From positions 1 to 56,389 of the forward strand of contig JBHLLT010000008.1 of assembly GCA_048938855.1 (NCBI GenBank): a stretch of DNA of 56,389 bases, written 5' to 3'. Both the position numbers and the translations under genes were made by a program. The DNA comes from Promethearchaeota archaeon. Its GTDB lineage: Archaea > Asgardarchaeota > Lokiarchaeia > Sigyniarchaeales > SOKP01. The notes below the pieces were generated by a model, which was not told the DNA's origin, did no database searches, and saw nothing but the letters and a program-made list of their open reading frames with translations. Shown here one piece after another: positions 39,724 to 49,380 of this stretch (position 1 is its first letter; each line of letters begins with the position of its first letter).

Positions 39724-40755
39724 CTATCTTAATATGTAATTATGAATAAAATTTCTCATTGGGTGTTTAACAAAATTGGTCGGATTCCAATAACATGGTT
39801 TAAAACAATCGCAGTAATCAAATTTAAATTTTCTTATCTTATTAACTCTTTCCTTATATGATAAATTTATGAAATCGTCGAATTTAATTGATGTATTAAC
39901 ATCTTCACAAAGCATTACTGTTCCATCATTATCAATTGAATAATATAAATCACCGGCATCACATTTCCAAGAATATTTATTATTATACCATTTATTCATA
40001 AAATAATAATAACTATTAGGAGACATAAGTTGAATTCCATGTCTCTTAAGATTTTGGATTACTTTCCTTAATTTATTCATTGTCTTCCTTTCTAACAATA
40101 AATTTGGGCAGAAACTTCGATATTTATATTGTTCATTAGGACTCTTAGACGAATGTACTGGATCTATTGAGAATCGGCAATCTAACCTTGCTATAATAGC
40201 TTTTATTAGCGGAATAAGTTCTTTTATATTATCTCTTGTGTTTATAATATGAATACTATAATCAATATTTTCAGGATATCTATTTTTAATATCTTGAAGT
40301 AAGTCAATTAATTCAGGCCGAAATCTTTTAGGAGTAAAAGCTGTTTCTTTAAAACTATCAATACTTATACCAAGTAGAAAATATCCATATGATGCAAATT
40401 CTTCTAGTAGATCTTTAGTTAATAAAGCTCCGTTTGTAACTACATGAGTGAATATGTTTAAATCTATACAATGTTTTAAAATTTTCCCCAAATCGGATCT
40501 AAGTGTAGGTTCACCACCATAAATTGTAATAAATCTACATCCTTGATTGTATAACTGGTTTACAATGTTTTTCCAATGCTGTAATGAGATGTCTGATTTT
40601 AAATTGCCTTTAGAAGTAGCACAATAATAACAATTAAAATTACATCTACGAGTAAAAAATATACTTACAAATGTTGGACCATTATTTACTCTAAATATCC
40701 TCTTCAAATAACTAATTCCTAAATTTCTCAGTACTCTATTTTTTATATCATTCAT
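39724..40755 (-). CDS. Radical SAM protein with C-terminal Cys-rich (Twitch/SPASM-like) domain
   Basis: CNFNCYYC, GGEP, TNG, CDAG..Y..ID.DG....C, CDCFKPC; ATG at 40755 preferred. Confidence 0.88.
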   Translation of the reverse strand: MNDIKNRVLRNLGISYLKRIFRVNNGPTFVSIFFTRRCNFNCYYCATSKGNLKSDISLQHWKNIVNQLYNQGCRFITIYGGEPTLRSDLGKILKHCIDLNIFTHVVTNGALLTKDLLEEFASYGYFLLGISIDSFKETAFTPKRFRPELIDLLQDIKNRYPENIDYSIHIINTRDNIKELIPLIKAIIARLDCRFSIDPVHSSKSPNEQYKYRSFCPNLLLERKTMNKLRKVIQNLKRHGIQLMSPNSYYYFMNKWYNNKYSWKCDAGDLYYSIDNDGTVMLCEDVNTSIKFDDFINLSYKERVNKIRKFKFDYCDCFKPCYWNPTNFVKHPMRNFIHNYILR

Positions 40756-40816
40756 TTCAATTTCATGATGATTTAAACAGAACAAAACATTTTAAATATT
40801 TATTTAATATTTAATT

Positions 40817-41842
40817 TTGGTATTAAACATATTGACGATTTCAACTTCAAATCCAGTATCCATTGTCGTTCCCATAAAGAACAGACGTGATCTTTTACCT
40901 AACCTAATTAAGAATCTATCTAATATTGATTACAACGAATATGAAATAATAATTGTTGATGATTGTTCAACGGATAATACAAAGGATCTATTAAAACAAT
41001 ATTCAATTAAATCCATACTTTTAGAAAGATCAGTAGGATCTGCAGAAGCTAGAAACCTTGGAATTAAACAAGCAAAAAATGAAATTATTGCACTAACTGA
41101 TTCTGATTGCTTTGTTTCAAGAAATTGGTTGAAAAATCTAGTACCATATCTTAACTCCTATGATGTGGTTGGGGGAAGAGTTATATTTTGTGATGATGCG
41201 GAAAAAAAAATTAATCCTTTCAATACAAAAGAAGAAACAGTATTAAAGAAGGATACTTCGATTAATTTTCTTAATACAAGTAATATGTTATTTAAAAAAA
41301 AAACATGGAAGTCCTCTGGTGGTTTTCTAAGCTATAGGATTGAAGATTTGGAGTTTTCATGGAGATTATTAAATAAAGGCTTTAAGTTAATTTATTCTCC
41401 TAAAGGTTTTGTAATTCATCATGGTAATAGGACACCTATCCAAAATATTAAGAAATATTTCCTATATGGAAAGTCATATTCGAAAATAGCTTTTATTCAT
41501 AAAATGAGTTTCACATTTAAAACAGATCGAATTCTTGATAAAAGTAATCTTTTTGATTATCTAAAACTAATATCACTTCCCTTTCTTTTACTATTGGCTT
41601 CAATTCTTTCGGGTTTTATAATTTTTAATATCTATTTAAATATGTCTGCAAGTTTTCTTTCAATAACAATATGTTTTCTCCTTCTATTCCGACTCATAAG
41701 AAGAATTGATATTTTATTCAAAATCTATAAAACGACTATAATATTTGGAATTGTAAATTATTCGATAATATATATGTTTAAGAAGAAATACAACTTAGGG
41801 AGAAATAAGAATAAAGCATATGATTTAAAGTTGAAATCTTGA
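40817..41842 (+). CDS. GT2 glycosyltransferase with C-terminal TM helices
   Basis: SIVVP.KNR, VDDCSTD, ARN.G, TDSDC, EDLEFSWR. Confidence 0.9.
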   Translation: MVLNILTISTSNPVSIVVPIKNRRDLLPNLIKNLSNIDYNEYEIIIVDDCSTDNTKDLLKQYSIKSILLERSVGSAEARNLGIKQAKNEIIALTDSDCFVSRNWLKNLVPYLNSYDVVGGRVIFCDDAEKKINPFNTKEETVLKKDTSINFLNTSNMLFKKKTWKSSGGFLSYRIEDLEFSWRLLNKGFKLIYSPKGFVIHHGNRTPIQNIKKYFLYGKSYSKIAFIHKMSFTFKTDRILDKSNLFDYLKLISLPFLLLLASILSGFIIFNIYLNMSASFLSITICFLLLFRLIRRIDILFKIYKTTIIFGIVNYSIIYMFKKKYNLGRNKNKAYDLKLKS

Positions 41843-42946
41843 CTTTATTTCTTCTGTAATATCAGAAATATCTGAACATTCCTGATCAGAGAAATTTGGA
41901 TAATAATAAGTGGGTTTATGCAAATTTCTACAATAGTGTTTCTTGAATACTGTGAATTTTTCTGTAGATAATTCCGTGTGATCGAGTATTTTATCTATTA
42001 CAATTTCTGGAGTCTCACATAACTCATCATACCTAATTATAAGGGTTGCTTTTTTTAAGTTCTTATTAGTTTCAATTTGATCTGCAATAAAATTATAGAT
42101 CGATGCCCAATAGTGTGCCCAACCTTTTACATAGGTTTTTTTTTTTCTCCATAATTTATGAATCTCATTAATTAAATCTGTATTACCCACATTGATGCAG
42201 ATTTGATTGCGACCAAATTCATTATGGCCTACTATTTTCAACCAATCGGGTAGTAGAGGATTTTCTTGTTCTAGTATTCTAAAGAGTTTTGATTGTTTTA
42301 TCATTGAAGCAATATGCTCTTCAGGGTTACGAATAATCAAGAGAATCTTAGAATCTGGGAAAATTTTCAGCAAGTAATCCAATCTGCTAACAAGATAATT
42401 ATTTTTTGCTAAATACCTTTGACATTTCTGATTTATTATTAATTTTTTCAAATGAGTTTTATAGAATTTCTCAAATTTTGGATTTGAATCACTTTTAGTG
42501 AGGATATTGGGAACATTTTCATTATGTAGATTTTTAAAAAATTTTAACCAAAATGCCTCTTCAACCGCTTCAGGACTTTCACGGTTAACGAAAATACCAT
42601 CTCTATGGAGTCTTTCAAAAGGTTGTTTATAAAAATTGAACTTTTTAGCCATTTCGCTAAACCAATCGGGAAGATATGGCATAAGAACATTTTGATATTT
42701 ATGCGACGCTAAATCTGGATGTTTATCTAACATTTCTAAAATAATTGTTGTTCCTGCACGAGCAAGACCGGTTATATAAATAGGTCTGTCAATATTTATC
42801 TTTTTTATATCTCTATGCATAAAAATCGTTTCAATTTTGTCAAGCAATAAGGAGATTGATTTAAATGAACTAAAAAATTTAGTTATTCCGTATCCAGCAT
42901 AACTCGTGAGTGGAAATTTATGTGAATTTTGATCATTAGATTTCAA
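41825..42946 (-). CDS. PAPS-dependent sulfotransferase
   Basis: PIYITGLARAGTT (5'-PSB), KNN, IRNPEEHIAS (3'-PB), RYDEL; GGAGA before the TTG start. Confidence 0.9.
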   Translation of the reverse strand: MKSNDQNSHKFPLTSYAGYGITKFFSSFKSISLLLDKIETIFMHRDIKKINIDRPIYITGLARAGTTIILEMLDKHPDLASHKYQNVLMPYLPDWFSEMAKKFNFYKQPFERLHRDGIFVNRESPEAVEEAFWLKFFKNLHNENVPNILTKSDSNPKFEKFYKTHLKKLIINQKCQRYLAKNNYLVSRLDYLLKIFPDSKILLIIRNPEEHIASMIKQSKLFRILEQENPLLPDWLKIVGHNEFGRNQICINVGNTDLINEIHKLWRKKKTYVKGWAHYWASIYNFIADQIETNKNLKKATLIIRYDELCETPEIVIDKILDHTELSTEKFTVFKKHYCRNLHKPTYYYPNFSDQECSDISDITEEIKSRFQL

Positions 42947-43195
42947 GTTCTCATCTCCTATTAGTTAAGTGAACATTTTTTTATGTAAATAACGATTGAA
43001 TGATTTGATTTCCCCTTAACTCTAAATTCAAACTAATTTCATGTTTTTACATGTTAATTAAAGATTTTTAATTAATTTATAGAGAATTTTCTTTAATATT
43101 TATTTTAATTGTCAAATAATATATAAACATCACAAGATCTATTCTGATCTTAAATTATATTTGAATAAAAAATTAAATTCGAGTATAGAGAAAAA

Positions 43196-44047
43196 ATGTT
43201 TAAAATTAAATCTGATTCTTGGCAAAGTAAAATTATTATCCTTGCTGTCTTTATTATCGTAATCATTCTGACAGCAGAAGTAGATTGGGCCGCAGAAAAC
43301 TCCGGGGTAGGACTTATGACTCGACTTTTTTGGTTAATTAGTTTACTAATTTTAGGACTAGTTTTACCAATTGGATTTATGTATCTTGCTGGTAATAAAG
43401 AAATAGAAAGAGGCGAATCTGACAAAAAAGGGTTAATTATTGCGATAGTCCTATTTTTGATTGCTAATGGGATCCCAATTATCTTTTATGTTGTTCTTGG
43501 AACTCCACCTGGTCCTTTATTATATCTACAATTATCACTATTTGGTTTAATCCCTGCTTTTTTTCTACAACCAAAAAGAAAACAATATAGAATCCTTATA
43601 CTAGTAATTCTATTTGCAGTAATTATTATCCCTATTGGTATTCTTGTGAATTTTGCCATTGATGATCTATGGGCAGGTGCACTTGATAACACGATGTATT
43701 ACTTATCTTTTTGGGGACTTTTGATGACATTCTTTTATCTTATTCTTGCTATTGGCTGGAAATTGGGTGGTGGATCTAAAAGACAAAGTTGGAACATTTT
43801 TCTAGCGGGAACACTATTACAATTTAGTACACTTGAAGATTTCTTTTATTTTCTACTAAATGGGCAATCACTTCCGGGATTATGGCCTTGGATGAATAAT
43901 TTTGTAATTAATCTTGAAGTTTTGTTTGGTCACATTCCAACTGATTTAGATCTTCTTGTTTTTTGTTTAATAACAAGCGCTATAGCGATCCTTATCCTTT
44001 TTGATATTCATGGAATTATCTGGACAAAAATCAAGGAAAAAAAATAA
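43196..44047 (+). CDS. Multi-pass membrane protein of unknown function
   Basis: About 8 hydrophobic helices; LEDFFYF..W.W motif. Confidence 0.75.
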   Translation: MFKIKSDSWQSKIIILAVFIIVIILTAEVDWAAENSGVGLMTRLFWLISLLILGLVLPIGFMYLAGNKEIERGESDKKGLIIAIVLFLIANGIPIIFYVVLGTPPGPLLYLQLSLFGLIPAFFLQPKRKQYRILILVILFAVIIIPIGILVNFAIDDLWAGALDNTMYYLSFWGLLMTFFYLILAIGWKLGGGSKRQSWNIFLAGTLLQFSTLEDFFYFLLNGQSLPGLWPWMNNFVINLEVLFGHIPTDLDLLVFCLITSAIAILILFDIHGIIWTKIKEKK

Positions 44048-44074
44048 TTTTTTTTATATTTATTAAGAATTGAT

Positions 44075-44578
44075 TTAATAAATCAAAGTAAGTCCAATTA
44101 TTAAGAATATTGAATTTAATACAAGTCCTGCAATTCCCAAACCCTTTCCTGCCTTCAATACCCCAGTTTCTGGTTCAAATCCACTAGCTGTATTACTATT
44201 TACTATAGAAACTATTCCAAATATTATACCTATAACACGAGCAACACTAAGACCTATACGTATTCCATATAAATAATATATTGGCAAACCATATCCAATT
44301 TGGAGTGTAACTAATGCAATAATTAAAGAGATAATACCAAAAGCTAAAGAAATCTTTGAATGCTTGCCCGGTTCTGACCCCTTTTGAAACTTAGAGGGGT
44401 ATTGCGGTACTGGGATACGGGTAGTTGGTGTGGTTGGCTGCTGTACCCCGTATGTTGGTTGTTGTACTCTATATGTTGGTTGTGGTGGTTCAGGTTCCTT
44501 TATAATTTCAGATCCGCAGTTCTGGCAAAACCTTTGATTTTCACTTTCTAATTTTACGCCACAATTTTGACAAAACAT
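44075..44578 (-). CDS. Zinc-ribbon + Pro/Thr-rich linker + 3-TM protein (paralog A)
   Basis: MFCQNCG...FCQNCG, QPTY repeats, hydrophobic C-terminus; ATG 44578 chosen by alignment to paralog B. Confidence 0.85.
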   Translation of the reverse strand: MFCQNCGVKLESENQRFCQNCGSEIIKEPEPPQPTYRVQQPTYGVQQPTTPTTRIPVPQYPSKFQKGSEPGKHSKISLAFGIISLIIALVTLQIGYGLPIYYLYGIRIGLSVARVIGIIFGIVSIVNSNTASGFEPETGVLKAGKGLGIAGLVLNSIFLIIGLTLIY

Positions 44579-44782
44579 AATACGACCTTCAAAAGTCTTG
44601 ATATTCATATCATATATGTTTATTAAATATAATTATAGTATTAAAAATAAATACTTGCTATACATATAGAATATTTCAAAATTTCTTCATGGAATGTTTA
44701 TTAGTTTTAATAAATCCAGTTTATTATAGATGAACAACAATTTTCTTTTATTTTTGTAAAATATTCATTCAAAAATTTTTCT

Positions 44783-45280
44783 CTAAATCCTAGTAAGTGC
44801 AAATACAAGAAATATTGCATTTATTATAAGTCCTATAATACCTAAAGCATTTCCTGCTTTTAAAATAGAGGTTTCTGGTTCCACTCCTTTTGCTTTCCCG
44901 CTATTTACTACAGATACAATTCCAAATATTATGCCTATGCCACGAGCGATAGCAAGGCCTACATATATTCTAGGCACATAATAAAATCCCATGCTATATC
45001 CAAATTGGAGTGAAAATAATCCAATAATTAAAGAGACAATACCAAAACCTAAAGCTATTTTTGAATATTTTCCTGGTATACCCCCTGTTTTAAACTTAGA
45101 GGGATATTGTGGGACTGGTATTGGGGTCGTTGAGGTTGGTGTGGTTGTTGGTGCAGTTACTTGTCCTACTCCAAAGGTTGTTTTCGGTGGTTCAGAAACA
45201 TCTATAATTTCGCTTCCACAATTTTGACAAAACCTTTGATTTTCCATTTCTAATTCTGCACCACAGTTTTGACAAAACAT
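44783..45280 (-). CDS. Zinc-ribbon + Pro/Thr-rich linker + 3-TM protein (paralog B)
   Basis: MFCQNCG...FCQNCGSEII; PVPQYPSKF and GIIFGIVS.VNS shared with paralog A. Confidence 0.87.
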   Translation of the reverse strand: MFCQNCGAELEMENQRFCQNCGSEIIDVSEPPKTTFGVGQVTAPTTTPTSTTPIPVPQYPSKFKTGGIPGKYSKIALGFGIVSLIIGLFSLQFGYSMGFYYVPRIYVGLAIARGIGIIFGIVSVVNSGKAKGVEPETSILKAGNALGIIGLIINAIFLVFALTRI

Positions 45281-45413
45281 AATTTATCCTCCAAAATTTT
45301 TGACTTTCAAATAATATATATTATAATTATTTAATATAATTATAATAACAAAAATAAATACTTCCACTACTTAGAGAATCTTTTGTTATATCTTTAATTT
45401 TTATTTTTCCTTT

Positions 45414-46715
45414 CTAATAAACCCAATTAATTATTGAAGAGCAACTTTTACCTTGAGCGTTCTTTAATCGTCCCAAAACCCTAAAAGCAGCACCTTCATA
45501 TCCACATTCGGGACATTTACTTTCTGTGATGAGCTCTACAATATCATCTACCAAAACAGCTTGATTTATACTTCCATTCACCCCATAGGGTGTGATTACT
45601 TCGAGTAAACCTTCCATCCCTTTACTAACAGGATCTAATGTGTCTAAATCTCTTACTATAATTCGTGAAGTATTAGGACAATGTAATATAAAATCTTGGT
45701 ATTTCTCGGACCAATGCCCTCCAAAAAGTGTGGGGCCTTCTGTAAATGCGTAAATATCCGCTATATCCTTAGGTTTGATATTAAATACTTTTTCATAACA
45801 TTCAATAAATCTACTTTTATCCACTTCACCCATCTTAGCTTCACCCTTGACACCGTCCCATCCTCCGCCCCCACAACCAACAAAGGAAATCCCATCAAGA
45901 TCGTTGTAAATATTTTCTTTTAGCAATCTCTTCTCAAACATATTATTCATTAAAAGAGCACTTCCGCCAAAAATTATTTTACTTACTTCAATATCCTTCC
46001 AATAACCTGTATCTTTAACTTGTTTAATCATTTTTAGCATTTTAGAAACATCTAAAATAAATCCCCCTTTTAATGATAGAGTTGAAATAATTGCCCATAT
46101 TGTTTTTAAAACTTTCATTTTTACCAGATATTCCTCATGTCCATAATATTCCCAAGGTTTATTCATACATGCTGTAAAATAACGTGTTTTTTCGATATAC
46201 GCAAATCCCTTTGCACTTCTTTTAGCCATTACCGTCATAAATAAACGATCCGGCGAGAAATTAAATACAAGGCATCTTTTGGCATCAATATTTAATTCTC
46301 TCCATCCAAAAAATTCAGAAAATACTTTAATAGAATTGTATTGTAATTGATCAAAATCATCTAAAGTTCGTGGAACTATCGATGGATCTCCAGTTGTAGA
46401 AGAAGAACACGAATAGAGAGCGATATTTTCATGAGGAACTTTTAATAAGTTTAATGTCCGATTTCCTGATTTTTTATATATATCTGAAGGAATAAAAGGA
46501 ATGTGCTCTAGATCCTCAATAGATAATTCATCAGGAATTTTAAAATCAAATTTACTACATAAATTATCTTTGTAATATTTACAGTTTTTAAACGATAAAC
46601 TAATTTGTTGTAGTAAATCCTTGCAAAATACATCATCTGGGTAATTACGAAATTCAAAATCAAAATATTTCTTTTTTAATTCTTCAGGTAAGTGATCATG
46701 AAACTTAAGGAACAA
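45414..46715 (-). CDS. LuxE-like acyl-protein synthetase (ANL adenylating fold)
   Basis: IPFIPSDIYK, SCSSSTTGDPS P-loop, GGGGWDG, DIYAFTE, EGLLEV, LVDD, FRVLGR....GKSCS (LuxE C-terminal Cys); GGAG before the TTG start. Confidence 0.8.
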   Translation of the reverse strand: MFLKFHDHLPEELKKKYFDFEFRNYPDDVFCKDLLQQISLSFKNCKYYKDNLCSKFDFKIPDELSIEDLEHIPFIPSDIYKKSGNRTLNLLKVPHENIALYSCSSSTTGDPSIVPRTLDDFDQLQYNSIKVFSEFFGWRELNIDAKRCLVFNFSPDRLFMTVMAKRSAKGFAYIEKTRYFTACMNKPWEYYGHEEYLVKMKVLKTIWAIISTLSLKGGFILDVSKMLKMIKQVKDTGYWKDIEVSKIIFGGSALLMNNMFEKRLLKENIYNDLDGISFVGCGGGGWDGVKGEAKMGEVDKSRFIECYEKVFNIKPKDIADIYAFTEGPTLFGGHWSEKYQDFILHCPNTSRIIVRDLDTLDPVSKGMEGLLEVITPYGVNGSINQAVLVDDIVELITESKCPECGYEGAAFRVLGRLKNAQGKSCSSIINWVY

Positions 46716-46812
46716 TGTAGGTTTCTCCTAAATAATGATTATATCTCATAATTCATAATCATTTAAGATTGATATGCAAATAAATGTAGAATAAAAAATT
46801 ATAAAAAAATTA

Positions 46813-48165
46813 TTAAATATTTGAAAGAGCCATTATTTCTGCTTCTTCTCGCTCCAATAACATTGGAGTTTTCTCCCAACTTATTTCTTTTGGAAGTTTA
46901 AATTGCCGTAAAAACATATAAAGATGTATAAAACCACTTATTGGCCAATAAAATATAAGACTGAAATGTTTATCACAATATTTTCTTATAGTATTGAATA
47001 AGAAGCCAAATTGAAAGAAAATACAAGATAATGTCCAGAATAGTAAATAATATTCACCAAAAACAAACTGAAATATTGCAAATGCAATTTCGATTGGTAA
47101 CCAAGTATCCATATTTGCTAAAACCATCATGGTCATATTTCTTGCAATTATTAGTTTTTTCCCATCTTTATATTCGCTTTTCATGCTCATTAATGTTGGC
47201 ATATCTCCGGTAAATCCTGCTAACCACCGTGTGCGTTGTTTTACTAAAATCTCCCAACTATTGGGAACATACTCATAGATTTTAGCTTTTGGGGAAAATT
47301 TAATTAATACACCATCTAAATTTAAAAGTGCTGAAAGATAAAGATCTTCTGTCATTGAATTTTCATTAAAACCCCCATACTTCTTAAGATATTTTGTTCT
47401 CACCGCAAAATTTCGTCCAAATGAATAAGCAGAAGATCCCAATCTATTTTTAACTTCAAATAATAATCCCCCACCAGAAACCATACCATAATCCAAAAAA
47501 ATTCCCCTAGTCAGACTATTATCTTTCCAGTTTTTAACAAGAACAGGGCCAATAACAGCATCAATCTTTTCGCGATGAAAGGCAGAAATTAAGTTTTTAA
47601 GAGTATTAGATTTTAATATACACCCCGAATCGTATAGAACAACAATATCATTTTTTACATGTTCCAAACCATAATTTAGCGCTGCAGGTTTTCCTTTTTT
47701 AGGTAAGTCTTTTGATAATACCATTATGTCTATGTTACTATTTTCTCTAGCAAAATGATTTGAAAATTCCGTAGTATCATCCGTAGACCCACTAGTTATT
47801 ACTATTATTTGGATCTTTTCTTTAGGATAATCAGATTCAACAATAGAATTTAATGTTCTCTCTAATAGTACTTTCTCATTTTTGGAGGCAATAAGAATAC
47901 TAATAGCTTCATAATATGGTGTTTTCGGTTTATAGCCACTTCCAAAAGAGGCTATGAAATGAATTCCATAATATAGAATTAATCCTAATAACATTAATAG
48001 CCCAATTAATGGAAAGATAAACCACCAATAAGTTAAAGGATCTAGGATAAATGTATCAATTGCTTCTTTTACTCCAGAAGACCAAAATGGTGGAAAATAC
48101 ATATGCATTACAATAAATAACACTAACCAAACAGAACCATATAATAAATATCTATAAAGTTTCAT
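46813..48165 (-). CDS. Membrane GT2, cellulose-synthase-like (QxxRW) family
   Basis: N- and C-terminal TMs, GKPAALN.G, TEDL, QRTRW, WEKT. Confidence 0.9.
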   Translation of the reverse strand: MKLYRYLLYGSVWLVLFIVMHMYFPPFWSSGVKEAIDTFILDPLTYWWFIFPLIGLLMLLGLILYYGIHFIASFGSGYKPKTPYYEAISILIASKNEKVLLERTLNSIVESDYPKEKIQIIVITSGSTDDTTEFSNHFARENSNIDIMVLSKDLPKKGKPAALNYGLEHVKNDIVVLYDSGCILKSNTLKNLISAFHREKIDAVIGPVLVKNWKDNSLTRGIFLDYGMVSGGGLLFEVKNRLGSSAYSFGRNFAVRTKYLKKYGGFNENSMTEDLYLSALLNLDGVLIKFSPKAKIYEYVPNSWEILVKQRTRWLAGFTGDMPTLMSMKSEYKDGKKLIIARNMTMMVLANMDTWLPIEIAFAIFQFVFGEYYLLFWTLSCIFFQFGFLFNTIRKYCDKHFSLIFYWPISGFIHLYMFLRQFKLPKEISWEKTPMLLEREEAEIMALSNI

Positions 48166-48192
48166 TTTTTCAATCTCCTTTTTTGAATATTA

Positions 48193-49131
48193 TTACTTAT
48201 TTATGTTATCGATCTTCTTTAAGTTCTTCCATATATACTTTCCAAAAAGAATTATAGAAAGCACCATAATAACTAATAAAGTAATTTGGTATATGAACAT
48301 AGTCCATGTGATTATCCAAGTGTGCGAAGCATTCCAGATTGTAGCAGAAGGGTTAATCATATTAGTTATTAATGTAGCAATACTTGACACCCCATACATT
48401 ACAAAAAAAGTAGTTTGAACAATAACACGTGTTATTCTCTCACCAATGAAAGGTTTCGTTTCACTCAACCCCAAACCTTCATGTCTTGCTCTCATATACT
48501 CATAAATGAATATAAGGTATATATTTGTCCATACTAACCATGTAAAATCAAGTCCATATGTCGATAAAATCAACATACTTGTAGGTATTAAACCAACGAG
48601 CATTAAAATATCACTAACCCGATCTATCACATTATCAAACCAAGCACCAGTTTTTGATTTAATATCAAGTAGTCTCGCTATTGCTCCATCAATTCCATCA
48701 ATTATTCCTGTAAATAATACTAGTAATCCAAGTACGAAAAACCAGGATCCATATAATGGTTGCACGGTAATCGGGTCAAGTGAATGTCCCACACTAGCCA
48801 CTATAACACCCCAGAATATGAGAATTGATAGAACTAAATTCAGAATTGTAACTTTATTCGGACTTACTCCCATTTTTATAAAAAGTTTTGCTCCTGCATA
48901 TGTTATTGGCATGTATAACTTTCCTGCAGGATCTTTTTTCATTTGTGCAAATTGTTCATCTAATTTATGAGCTTGTCCATGATCCTTGAGCCAATCTTTT
49001 ATGAATTCATCACAAGTCATAAATTCTTGTTTTGGTCTTCTTTTTGGTATCCCACTAAGTAGAATAATGACTATAATTACAACTAAAATTAAAGGAAACA
49101 CTACTGTAAATAATAAAGCATATAATGTCAT
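48193..49131 (-). CDS. CDP-alcohol phosphatidyltransferase family (archaetidyl headgroup synthase-like)
   Basis: SPNKVT, DGIDGAIAR....SKTGAWFDNVIDR signature, YMRAR.E, GER. Confidence 0.9.
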   Translation of the reverse strand: MTLYALLFTVVFPLILVVIIVIILLSGIPKRRPKQEFMTCDEFIKDWLKDHGQAHKLDEQFAQMKKDPAGKLYMPITYAGAKLFIKMGVSPNKVTILNLVLSILIFWGVIVASVGHSLDPITVQPLYGSWFFVLGLLVLFTGIIDGIDGAIARLLDIKSKTGAWFDNVIDRVSDILMLVGLIPTSMLILSTYGLDFTWLVWTNIYLIFIYEYMRARHEGLGLSETKPFIGERITRVIVQTTFFVMYGVSSIATLITNMINPSATIWNASHTWIITWTMFIYQITLLVIMVLSIILFGKYIWKNLKKIDNINK

Positions 49132-49380
49132 CTTGTCCGCCTAAGCCATTCCTTAATTTTTTTCTTTAAATATTTTTGAAAATGTAATTTTAATTAGAAT
49201 TTAAAATATTTTAAATTTACTTTATTTATTCTTAACTTTACTATTAAAAGATTAAGCAATGTTAATGAATTCTTAACTAAATTGGATATGGCTATTTTGA
49301 AAATTGGACTACTAAAAATATATATTTCCAGTTATGGTTATAATACTAGAAAAACAATATATATAGATGTGACAACGTAA

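Noticed and set aside
45414-46715. Bioluminescence lux operon
   Set aside because: No luxA/B/C/D in the window
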